DNA of 64,000 bases from Geosiphon pyriformis uo1 (GCA_016748015.1 JAAOMT010000213.1:402485-466484); one strand, 5' to 3'; positions 25,835-44,591 are shown, counted from the first letter of the stretch. Numbers and translations: made by a program. Notes: generated by a model not told the origin, from the letters alone.

Positions 25835-27370
25835 TCATTGTAGGACGAAACCTCCATCAAGCAATGCCGGGATAAAGACCTCCCGAATGCTATTTTCATC
25901 TCTATCTATCACAATCCCACAATTCCAACAGTTGTACACTTTGGACCCTCCGATTCTTGGGATGTGTAAGCTTTGTTCTGGATGATAACACGGACCCCCA
26001 ATCCTTGGCCTTGCTGGCCAGACGTTGTCGAAGGATATAATGCGCCCAACAAAACATTTTCCGGTCAGTTTTTGGTGTAATCTCTTTTGTCTTGTGATTC
26101 ACCATATCCGACACTTTGAAACGAGGGTAAAAAATCTAACTGATTTCCAACGAATTTCGTTTTGCAGTTGTATAAATTTTTGCCACATTCGAAAAATCTC
26201 CTTATCGAGTTGTCAGGGCATTTTATTCTTACGTTTTGAGGGAGATTCTAATAACTTATCCTTTTTGCAAATGAGATCATCCAAATACTTGCAAATGCTA
26301 ACTATACTATAGAATGTTAATCTTGCCTACACCTTTTGTGGGAAAGTAAAAGGCGTACGGACGCCAGAATCAATAGAAACTGCATGAACAGAGCCATCCG
26401 CTTGGGTTTTGCGGAGTCTCGTATACCCAGGCAAACTTTCACTCGTTAGTTTTGCGACAATAAGTGTGCTTGTCATCTGAGATTATCCTGTGAAGAATGA
26501 GGCACCTATTATTATGCCTCTTTTTTTTTGGAATAAAGAGGCCACAAGACGTTTATCATTATCCGAAATGGTGGTAGACTTATATAGATGTGTAGTAGGG
26601 CATCAAAAGATTATGGAGATGAGAGACATGGAAACGATTCCATGTGGATTTCGAAAATTTCTGTGCACGAATTGGTATTGTTTCCAGCAGATATTTCAAA
26701 ATTGAAATGATAGAGGGTGCGCTGATAGACCTTGCCCATTCGTATTATGCTTAATTACTTCTTCCCTAGCAATAAATGCTTCATCAATTATATTCGCGCT
26801 GGCCCATATTGCAGCTTCTCGGAGTTTCTCGCCTGTGTTCATTACCATTTTTTCCTGCTTGAAATCTGTGTAAAGCTTAAATTTATTTTTGATGAATTGG
26901 GGCTTTGTCCAAGCCTGTTGTGATTGACCGATATGTGAATTTTTGATATAGAAGCGGTAATTTCGACTTCAATAGACAACAATATTATAAGCAAATCTCA
27001 TCAAGCCCAACCACCACTTCAAGAGCTGCTTTTGAAGATGGCTCGGATAGACCTTGATTAAGAGAGGGCATCTTCCATCTTCTGACGTTTGCGCGCTTTT
27101 CCCTTGCACTTTTCGCCTGTTCTGACGCTCTCGTCGATGGTAGGCAGCTCTCCTTCATGCTCGTCGGAAGTCGCATCGTCGAAGAGACCCATGGGTTTTG
27201 CAAAATGGAAGAAAAAGACCTAACGCGACATCGCTGAGGAGTTCGTAGGTTGAAATTTAGGAGTTGCTTTTGTTGCTCGAAAAGCTATTTTTGTTTTGTA
27301 CTAGAGACACGAGTGTAGAGGTAACGATTGGTGGCAGAGGTGGCGAAGTTGGCAGTGGTGGTATCAGCAT
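25835..27370 (-). pseudogene. Degenerate Fanzor2 / IS607-type TnpB RNA-guided endonuclease
   Basis: Manual translation across stops and frameshifts gives, in order: KVYPSHLQKQLLKWWLGLMRFAYN (HTH_OrfB-like), VSIDSGVRTPFT (RuvC-I), SDMVNHKTKEITPKTDRKMFCWAHYILRQRLASKA, IIQNKAYTS and IGGSKVYNCWNCGIVIDRDEN (Zn ribbon + RuvC-III). Confidence 0.88.
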
Positions 27371-27758
27371 TTTGAGAATGCTAGCTCAAGAGAGAAAAAG
27401 GTGGAGTATTTATTTTTCACAAATCTTTTCATCAGTAAGCAATGAATTATGAAATTTTGAAATTTTCAGTGTTATATAAAACAAATTTACAGCATTCGAA
27501 CTTTTAATCGCACGTTTATTGAAATCAGAATTTCCAGTTCGATAATCTAATATTGTTTCGTTTTCAAGATAAGGGCTTTCTTTTACCTAGTTGAAAACTT
27601 CAAATATCCAATTAAAATTTTTTCTTCCCTTTTTTAATTGCTTCATTGTTATCCAATTTCCTATGTGGAGCCTCAAAATTGTGGCCATTACTGAGAAACA
27701 GAACAGCTGTTCTTTCTAGCACTCCAGTGCAATCACCTCACCTTATATTCGATTACTT

Positions 27759-28230
27759 TCAATCTTCTAATGGGGGTAAGAAAACAAATGGGTGCATATA
27801 TCTTTTTGTATTGTAGACACTCTCCCCCACTTTCCATCCCGGAACATCTTTCATTATTTCAGCTTCACGTTTCAAAGCAGCAAAGTTTCTACGGTAAGCA
27901 TCACGATCTGCTTCAGCTTGGAGTAAAGGAATTATATGAATACGTCCCCAAAGTTTCTCCCTTTTTAGCTCCCTATTGAAAAGAGAAAATATGTAACCAA
28001 ATAGAAATAAAGAAATTATTCAATTGAGTCCTTTCGTCTCATTCAGATACTCGCCTCTGCTCAGCCATGGTTTGACTCCAACTATACCAGCCATAAGCTG
28101 TAATCACTGTTATTGTTGAAATAATAATGGCACCAGAGGGCCCACGTCTTGGAAGGTTGCGTTTATAGCGTATGGAGGGAAAGCCTCCTTCTCGCGGAAG
28201 GTCTTGAGTATGTGGGATTGTGGAAGCCAT
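27759..28230 (-). CDS. NDUFA13: NADH:ubiquinone oxidoreductase subunit B16.6/GRIM-19 (2 exons)
   Basis: QDLPREGGFPSIRYKRNLPRRGPSG...RELKREKLWGRIHIIPLLQAEADRD...EAEIMKDVPGWKVGESVYN. Confidence 0.95.
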
Positions 28231-28578
28231 TATAAGCTGAAAAAGGAGAAAACGTTTGGTAGACAGTACATCTGATAATAGCAGCCAGTGTGATCAAAGC
28301 TTTAACACACTCTGCACACACTTTGTGCACGATAGTTTCTACTTGAGTTGCCCAATTTTTTTACTAAATTGATTCTGCTACCAACTATACTCTGCTGTAT
28401 TTTCTTTTGTATGTTTAAAAGGAAGCTAAGCAGAAGAATTTGAAAAGTTTCGTGATTCTTTCAAAGCTTTCGATTCCAAACAAGGTTTTATAAAAGCTGA
28501 AACTTGGATAAAAACTTTTGGTTTGCTAGTTCGCACAGATTACTATTTCCAAGCTTCAAAATCCTTCTATTTTACGCC

Positions 28579-29547
28579 ATGAGAGGAGCAAAACGACAAA
28601 GAGAAATAGAGGAAGAAAGTAGTAATGGAGGGGACTCCGCATTAACGGAATATTTTAACAGGGGAGCTGCCGATGTTGACGACAACTCTTTACTTGTTGG
28701 CAAAGGAAAGGGCAAAGAAGTGGTAAAGGGAGATGGGTGTGGTTTGCAGAATTCTAGAGAAAGTGAAACGAAAAGAATGCGTCTTGATATTGATCCGGAA
28801 GATATTAGGTAAACCAAACTATTCTATTATTTCGACCTTATTTTTGATAAAAAGTTAGCTCAAAATAGTTGGCAAGAGTTTTAATAGCCTATATAAATTT
28901 TATTTAGATTCTTGGATAATTATTCATCTGGATCCTCGTCGGAATCGAACTCATCAATAGCCACTCCTACATCCGAGCCATACGATCCTGATCAAAACTT
29001 GCCCTATTTCCAACGGCAACAACATACCGAATATGGCTTCAACCATACAAGTCAAAATAATCAGCAACATCTTTATTCAAACAATTCCCATTCAAACTTT
29101 TCTTACAAAGCTCGTCCCTTAAGAATTTCAACTCGCTCCACTGCCTCCTCCTCGTCATCTGAACTTATGCGCCCCTATGATAATATCAATTCCTTGCTGT
29201 ATTTAGCACATTTGACACGGAATTCACATGTTGTTCATGAGTTAGAAGAAGATCTTGGGGATATGGAAATCGATGAGAGAGAGGAAGAAAGATGGAAGAA
29301 ATTGAATTATGAAGAAATCCAATTTAATAGAAGTGGAATAGCTGCTTCGTCTCCTTCCGGTACGACATCATCCGTCGTGACCTGTATTAATGAAAACAGG
29401 ATCAATAATGTTCATTATTTTGGAGAAAATTCCAATTTTAATTCCGAGACTGTTCTATCATCCGAGTATTCAAATATCAATTCAATGTTGAGAGACGCAT
29501 TTTTGAGGAGACGCAATAGTGTGGGCATTGTTAATCCTAATCCATGA
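28579..29547 (+). CDS. Uncharacterised low-complexity protein with NLS-like basic motifs and two YxxINSxL helices (FAM104/VCF1-like?)
   Basis: Exon 1 MRGAKRQRE...KRMRLD, then an intron at about 28809-28907. Exon 2 contains YDNINSLLYLAHLTR and YSNINSMLRDAFLRRR. Confidence 0.65.
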
Positions 29548-30318
29548 CCAAGAAATTAATTTATACGCGACCTAGATCCCAATATGTAGAGATAAAGGTC
29601 AATTTTTACTACACAAAATTATGACCTAGAGAAAATATAACATTTGGAACGATATGTCTTCCTTTGGTTTTTTAGAAGAGAAGCCCTTAATTTTTATAGC
29701 TTTTTGAACTTTTGATAAGTAAACTCAAATAAACAAATATATATCCTGAAAACTGATTTTTTTCAAAATGTTGACTTTTTTCGCGTTTTGTCAAACATTA
29801 TTTAAGTTTAAAAAATTTTTGTCATGACCATGCAAAGAACAGAAAAAACACTGTCTGCTAGTTTTAACGTTCGTCAAAATAGTTTTGTTAATAGAAAGTT
29901 TAACAAAGTATGTTGCAAATAAATTTCAGTTTCAGTTTTATTTTTACTTGAAAGCTATAAAATAAAATAAATTTCGTTGCATGTTTTAAACATTTATATA
30001 ATAAAAATATATAATATATGTGTTTTAATTCAAATATAATTATTAACATTTCAAATATTTTAACAATATACATAGATATATTTTTTTTTAAACAAAATTA
30101 TATTGAATTATTATTATTTTAATATTTTTTATTTTTAAAGAAAATTTTATAATAATAAAAATTTATTTTAAACAATGACACACAAACATTGGTGATCCAT
30201 CATGCCACATTGAATAAATAATAAATAGAACGTCTTTCTCTACTATTCAATAATACTGTCTCTTTAAAAGACAAACCACGTTATCGACTCAACCGTTTGA
30301 ATTCAGGGAAAACCCGAA

Positions 30319-32225
<1,907 letters not shown>

Positions 32226-32777
32226 TCAGAAAATATGATCAGAAAATATGAAATTCACGTTATTTATCTGAATCGAAATAAATTTTAGCCTTTCAAAAGT
32301 GAAGTCCGAAATCAACTTATTATCAAATATACATATTGTCCTTTTGCTATATAAAATATTTGCTTTATTGAAGAATATAATTTTAGTGCAGAGACCTCAT
32401 TGGGTAGACGAGTTTGTGCGCTAAAAGTTAATTAACTAGGGTTTTATGACAAATTGTCTTGACCCAAAAAAGCAATCGAGGAACGGAATAATGCTCGCGT
32501 GATATAGTATGTCTTGAGGTGATAACCGTTTTTGAAATTTATAGGATAATTGTGCGACACAAGAAAATGTACCGTTGCTCGAGGAAGCGACCCCCAAGTT
32601 ATAAAATGGCTACAGAAAATTCAGTTCTCCTTGTTTTTCCCGTTTAGCATCTCTGCTTTTTCGCTGAGCTCAAGTTCCCTAAAAAGCCTCGTGTAATTTT
32701 TCTTGTTCTGAATACGGGATTTCGCCCTTACCCCTTGGTTTAAAATATACGACAGCCTTTCACTTCAAACTTCTACA

Positions 32778-34580
32778 ATGCTAAGTAACGGTGATCTTCA
32801 GTTTGACCCCACATCAAAAGAAAGCTTAGAAGCTTACATTGAAACCAGCGTGCAGTTCCTAGACTTCACCGTTCTCCCCTCAAGCTTGTTTGAATGCGCT
32901 GCGCATGTAACGCTGAGCATGTTTCCGGCGTGGAAGCGCGAGGATCTGGTATTTTTCCAGTGCAAAGATGGAATAACGAATAAACGTATTATTTTCCTAA
33001 TTCATTGGTTGCTTTTTTTTTCAAAAATCATTTCTTTGATGTGATAAAAATTAATATATATATGGACTTCTTGCTTAGTGGTTAAGTGCACAAATACGAC
33101 ATTCAACTTTTCGATTTTAATTCGTGCTTTTGGAAATAAATCTGAGGTCCTCATTGATCGAAAACAAGAGATAATGGTCTGAATATTTAATTAAATTACA
33201 ACTGTTAAGATTAAGAATAATTTTCATTGCTGAAATATTTTTTCTAGAATCTCATTACGCTGTCAAAATTGGGTCTGTCCCCACCTCTTTATGGACGATT
33301 CAATAATGGATTAGTGTATGGATTCATACCAGGGGAGGTGTTATCCGTGCCGGATCTGAGTGATCCACATAAGTCTAACCTGATTGCAAAGAATATGGCA
33401 ATGTGGCATGATGTCAAAATGGCAGGTGCCGGGACGCCGACTTTGTTTCTCACATTGAGGAAATGGTTAAATGAAGGTAAATTCTTGAATAAAGGAAATT
33501 GGTTTTTGAGTCAAAACTATGTGGCCAATGGATAGAAAAATTTTATCATTATGAAATATCAATACTCGAAATGCATGATTTATTGATCTTATGTTGCTAT
33601 ATCAGTGGATTTTGACTAAAACTTTTTTGCTTGCGTAAAAAAGGAAGTTTCATTTTGCTAATTTCAAATTCAATCCAAATTTGACTTTTTTTACGATAAA
33701 GTGCCACATTCTTATTCTAATCCAAAAATCAACCAAACTTTTCAAAAAAATTTCAATTTGGATGTTATTAAAAAAGAGGTAAGCGTAAACCGTATTAAGT
33801 TCCTTTAGTTGTTTAGAAAATTTCCTGTATAAATTTGTTTAAATATCTCCCATTTAGATGGAAACTCTCCAAATTGAGCTTGAAAAAATTAATGCGCCTG
33901 TTGTATTTTGTCACAATGATCTTTTACACGCCAACCTTATATATAATACGGCGAAAGATCAGGTTTCTTTCATAGATTATGAGTACGGATCTTATAGTTA
34001 TCGAGGATTTGATATCGGGAATCATTTCAACGAATTTGCAGGTGATTTTCCAGTGTCGAAGCCTTAATATGATTTTTTCTTGTGACAAAATTTTAATCAT
34101 CTCCCTTTTTTTGATGGATGAAGGGTTTGAATGTGATTATAAGTTGTATCCCAGAAAGGACTTTCAACTTCGATGGCTTCAGAATTATTTATTTGAGTCG
34201 AATTCGGGTAAGAAAAAAATTCTCTTATTGTTAAAAATACAATAGACTAATCGGTTTTTTTTTAAAGGGGTTGAAATAACAAAAGATGAAATAGAGGCTC
34301 TTTATCGGGAGGTGAACAAGTTTGCCCTTGCGTCACATTTCTATTGGGGTCTATGGGCATTGGTAAGTAAACAAGATTCACATTAGGGTATATCTTTGGT
34401 TTTAAACAAGATGGTATACCTTTCGCTAACCAATATTTTATCTAATAATACACCATCCCATTACAATAAAAAAAATAGATTCAAGCACAATTATCTGATA
34501 TAAATTTTAATTACATGGCGTATGCCATCTTACGTTTTGATGAATATTATCGACGTCGAGATGAATTTTTTGCATTATAA
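32778..34580 (+). CDS. Ethanolamine/choline kinase (multi-exon)
   Basis: Motifs GITNK, LIDRKQE, Brenner motif FCHNDLLHANL, FIDYEY, FDIGNHFNEFAG and SHFYWGLWAL. Confidence 0.92.
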
Positions 34581-34807
34581 ATTATTTAAAGAAAGTTTGG
34601 CTAATGTTGATAGTCGTTCATTTTGTATTAATCGAATTATTTAATTTGATCTTCCGGTTATTTATTTTATCGATAAAAATCTGGTGGTTATTTTCTTGAA
34701 CTTTGATCAGATTAAATTAAAATCAGATCTTCGATAGTAGTAAATCTTCATTATACAAATAATACAATTTTCGGCTTTAAATGTATGCTAGATTTTACGC
34801 CAAAAAT

Positions 34808-35565
34808 ATGGGTGACTATTATTTCTTTTATGGTAGCCTAATTTTTCCACAAGTTTTGCGCCGCGTGTTAGCAGCCGGCCAAGCTGTAGCGGGCCGGGAG
34901 TCTGATACTCTGAACTTTGAACAGTTTACACCAGCCATTCTAAAAGTATGATTTTCGCCGGGATTTAAAACGGAATTTTCAAGAAACAAGTCAAACCCCA
35001 GAACCGCGGCTGGCACAAATTGTAGCTTTCATTTTAATAAATTTCTTACATTTAATTAACAATAGGGATATTCACGTAAAAAGGTTTTGGGCGCTGATTA
35101 TCCTGCTATTGTTAGCAGTGAAAATCAACATGAAGTATATGGGGTTCTCGTACAAGGACTCTCTAGGATCGAAATTGAACAATTGGATAAATGGGAAGGG
35201 GATGTGAGTAGCTTTTCCATAAATCAGTTTTGTTTCAATTTCAATTTATCTTTTTTGAAATTTTTTTAATATTTCAATTAATCTTTGTCTAGCAATATAT
35301 TCGAAAGAATGTTGAGGTATATATTAGAAAGTTGCCACCATCAAACGGAAACCATCCGGAATATCAATCCTCTAAGCCGGAAGCCACGCAACTCTTTAGC
35401 AATGAAGACTACGAAGCAATCAGCAAGTCTACAAATTCTTTACTGGTTTCGGCCCAAACTTATGTCTGGATTGACTCGCCAGCATTTTTAAAAGATGAGG
35501 ATTGGGAACCAGAAGAATTTCTAAAGAACTTAGTAAGATGGGAGTCGAAGGATTATGAAACTTAG
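34808..35565 (+). CDS. AIG2-like / gamma-glutamylcyclotransferase-fold protein (3 exons)
   Basis: MGDYYFFYGSL...PAILK|GYSRKKVLGADYPAI...LDKWEGD|QYIR...AQTYVW...WEPEEF. Confidence 0.85.
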
Positions 35566-35879
35566 GAAATTTGATTAAATCAAGGGGTTTTATGATTTTC
35601 AACAGATGGAAATGAGATTTTATTGCTAAAAACTCCAACGATATCAAGATCAAATTTTTCATTTTCCAAGTGCAATTTTTTAATTTTGAACGACCATCAA
35701 AAATTATAAGGTAGTATTTACACGTTATAATCATCAAACATTTTCTACCAGTAATTCCCTGATGATAAAAGTTGCACAACACAATCTACTCCTCGTGTAG
35801 CTTAAGTAAAATTTATCGTACTAGTCCCCAAATTAGGTCGTTTTTATTCAGTCGCTCTACTCACTTTGACTTCCTAAGT

Positions 35880-38657
35880 TCAAGTATGAGAAAGATCAAG
35901 CAAAGGTTCGTTGTCCTCATCACTATCAATAATAAAGCGTGATGGTGGATTAAAATTATCATTGTGATTATTCGCCTCATCTTCAGGTGGTGAATTCACT
36001 GTGGAGCGAAGTGTTATGCTACTATTATTATTGGTAACGTTGTTAGAGATAGATTTTATCGTATCAAGTGAGAGATTGTCGGCGCTATTAAATTGACTAT
36101 TTGCACGATCGGTAATACTGAGGAACCTAGCACCACTATCTATTGACGGTGTTTCGTAGTTGGCCGCATATAACGAACTCCCAATACTAGCTTTACTATT
36201 ATTATTGTTTTTTCTTATCATATGTGATGAATCAACACCTCCCGCTATTGGAATGTTGACCCTAGAATTGCTACCACTACTCAATTGACTATTTTCGATA
36301 GCCCCAAGTTGTGAAGTGGTTTTTCCTTGTTGTGTTGATGATTGCATGTCCTCTAACTCTTCAAAAGATTCAGCGTCATTATTTCCAATTATATTTTCGC
36401 CCCTATCTGGTACCAATACTCGACCTCCGTTTCTTACAAGATTCTGATGTCGCCATCTTTCCTTAGCTGGTGATTTCTTATCAGATTGATGTCGCGAGAA
36501 TATTGGTTTTAAGAATCGATTATCAAAAGAGATAAACCAATGAGCTTGATCAGCTCTAGTTCTAGCCAACGAAGTTGCTGAAGTAGTTAAAAGTCCATTG
36601 TTTTCAATAGAGATAACACTGTCGGCTGATTCAAGAGAGATTTCTGGTGAATGATCAAAATAAAATTCCCCATTTCTGTTTGTCCCACGTTTATGAAGAT
36701 TCCGATTGTATTCCTCATCAAACTCATCAGATTTTCGTCCATTATTCGATTCTTCGTAATCACTATCGGCACTATCTTCATCTTCCACTCCAATTCGAAT
36801 CTTTAATATTTCTAGCATTCTACTAGTAGTACCTCCAAACACTATTACACTTAATACGACCACTACCAAGATAGTAGTACGCATCGAAGGAGCATGATCA
36901 CCACTCAAATCTGCTGCTAAAGCAAATGCTACTGCTCCACGTAAACCAGCCCAAAATAGCATCACTTGATGCGCATGAGGAAGGTGTTCAGCACGTTTTC
37001 TATACCTCGCTATAGCATTAATAATATTGGCAAGTGGGAAAACTGCACAATATCTTGCTAAACAAATAATTATCTAAAAACAAAAAATAAATATTAATAA
37101 CGGAAAACGTTTTGTAATAACAACCAAGATATTTGAACTTACAGCCGTGAAAAATATGAAAAATGGTTTATAATGTAGGTCTGTTAACGTGAATAACGTC
37201 AAGCCTAGGTAAATGAAAATGAAGTTTTCTGAAAGCTGTGCCATAACGTGAAACATATATTTAGTGGTTCGTTTTGCCCTCAAAGACATGTTATCGTAGG
37301 CATAATGTTTCAATGTAATGCCGCAAAATAAGAGTGATACAATCCCTGCAAAAAAAAAGGGGGGAAATAAGAACGTTACAATCGAGAATTTCAAATAAAA
37401 ATATTTATGAAGAAACATACCAGACATCTTTAATCCGTTAGAAAAAAAGTAAGAGTTATATGCGATGAGACCAATCATACAAGATTCTATCGCGGGGTAC
37501 TTGTGCAGCTGAGAATACTTTAGCATGTTTACCTTCTTAGTTAATTATAATAAAAAAAGCAAAAACAAAGTTGAATTTAATTCAACAACAAAAACAACTG
37601 CATGAATAAAACATAAATATTATCAAAGGATATCAGTGCGCACAGAAGAGCAATAATAATGCCGATCCACAACGAAGCTGTGAAAATACCCAAGAAGGTC
37701 CCAATACCACGAATTATGTTTGATAGATGGAGTTCCTTGCCTTCGAATTGTTTGAGCGTTCTGAAATGTAGATAATAAAAATCTTATATTTTATATATAT
37801 ACGAAAATGCAGTTCTAACAGCAGTTAGAAGGATATAGGAGAATGCTTACTGGAACAATACAATAGCGACAGCATCATTCATTATACTTTCTCCAAATAT
37901 GACCGAATACAATTTTGGATCAACTTTGAGGGTTTGAAATATAGCTAATACAGTTACAGGATCAGTTGCGGACAATATAGCACCAAATATCATGGAATCC
38001 AAAAATGAGAGAGCTACGATCCCAATAAGCCCCAGAAATGCGACAAGAAATCTAGAGAAGTATTTAAGTGAATTAAAAATATGAATTAAATTAGATAAAT
38101 ACTGTTAATTATTATTATTGGAAAATCATACCCAGTGACTAAAGCAGAAATAAAAGTTCCAATAAGTGCAAAGGTCAGTATTGTTCCGAAATTGCGAAAA
38201 AAGTTTTCCTGTAACCCAAATCTCGTTTAGATTTATATATTAATATTCTCGCCAATAAGGAATTCTCAACTGGAATTTACCCGTTTTAACTCATAACCCG
38301 AATTCAAAATAATTGGTGGTAACAATAAGTTAAAAAAATAAGAAGGATTAAAAGTGACCATTTTTTGGACAACCAGGCCGGGGGACAAACGAAGTATTAA
38401 TCCTACGAACATCCCTGTTTTTACAAAAATCAAATGAACAATGTAGGAAATGTAATAGACAAAGGGAAAGCCAAACAAGAAAGGTTGTTCTAAATGCCTG
38501 CAAAGATCGAGACTACTGTCTCATGTATCGCGCGAATTTTTTTAATTTGCAAATAATAGCTTGTCCAAAGCGCGCCAATCAATAATGAAGTTTGTATTAA
38601 TAGGGCCCATGAGGAATAAAGCTCTTCGTCTCCTGGTGCTGGATCGTCTGCAGTCAT
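35880..38657 (-). CDS. NHX1: Endosomal Na+(K+)/H+ exchanger NHX1 (multi-exon, one AT-AC intron)
   Basis: Motifs [50 protein letters not shown] and WAGLRGAV. Confidence 0.95.
37527..37633 (-). other. U12-type (minor spliceosome) AT-AC intron in NHX1
   Basis: Minus strand reads CTG|ATATCCTTTG ... ATTAACTAAGAAGGTAAAC|ATG. Splicing restores ...LCAL-MLKYSQL in frame. Confidence 0.88.
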
Positions 38658-38998
38658 TTTTTCAAAGTTGTTTTGCAAAACTTAAATAGTTTTATGAAGT
38701 CTCAAGTGTGTCCGAAAATAAGCTTTTTATTTGAATGAGAATAGGGCGTGAATAAAATAAGAGGGGCGGCAAGCTCAATTTTTAAATAATTCAAAATTCG
38801 ATGAGAGACGATTTAAACTTTTGGTTTGTGAGCTTGTGAGTCAACAATGTAGAATCCTTTCATGATTTTGATGATTAGCATTATTTTGATAATCCTTTAC
38901 AACGATTTTCCGTTATGACTCGGTATCTACAAGGGTCCCATTGTCTGGAGTCAGTGATATGATCTTGTTTTCAAGCATAATCACATGATGCTTACTAA

Positions 38999-40117
<1,119 letters not shown>

Positions 40118-40924
40118 AATGTTTAACAGTTGCTTTGACAATCTGTCCTTTTTGGGCAACTTTCATTCCAATAGTCAGTAATCTACAAATTAGATTTTAG
40201 CTCTGATGAAATTAATATTTGTAGAATTTTCGACTTGTTTTTAATTGATGCAATAAACTCGAAACAAATGTTCTGGATTTTTTGCGAGATGATTTTTATG
40301 AAAACAAAACAAGTTTGAAAGTTTCAGTAGTTTTTTTGATAATTTATTTTTTCATTTCATTTTTTATTGAGTAAAGTGCGAAAATATAATTGCAATACTT
40401 GACAATACATTTTAATCTTTAAATTTTTAAAATTAAAAATAAAACAATAATATTAATTTTAAGTTTGTTATAAAATAAATTATAAATTATTATCATTATA
40501 AACAATATGATTAAAACAAAAGTTGTTTTTTTGGAAACTGTTTTGAAAATATTACAAAATAATTTTTCAAAAAACTGATTTTTTAATTTGGACATTGGGA
40601 TTTTTCTCAAGATTTCTAATATTAATATGAAGCTTGTTTATTTTAGGGACCTGTTTTTAATCCTTTTAATATGTTGACATAGAGCAACAAAAATAATCAA
40701 AAAGCATCTTCAACTCAATCACCCGACTTTGATCATATTATAAATACGATCCTCAATCAGTATTCATAGTCTGTTACAATTTGCCTATTATTATCATCGA
40801 GAATGCTTATAGCAAGATTTTATAAAATCTACGATTAAATTTCTAAACAAAAGATTTCACGAAGCATATAAAAATTTAAAAAATCCCTCCTGTTCTTTCT
40901 GTTTATATTATCAGTAGATCAAAA

Positions 40925-44591
<3,667 letters not shown>

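Noticed and set aside
27058-27192. Short minus-strand ORF MGLFDDATSDEHEG...KARKRQKMEDALS
   Set aside because: It overlaps the Fanzor N-terminal frame and has no recognisable domain, so I treat it as an alternative frame of the relic.
27660-27745. Palindrome AGAACAGCTGTTCT, hairpin GCACT/AGTGC and Sm-like AATTTTGA downstream of NDUFA13
   Set aside because: It lacks diagnostic snRNA motifs (e.g. the U5 loop GCCTTTTAC) and a SECIS core. It is probably ordinary 3' UTR.
37815-37840. Second ATATCCTT motif in NHX1 (minus strand)
   Set aside because: It lies inside an intron that already has a canonical GTAAGC donor giving the correct frame.
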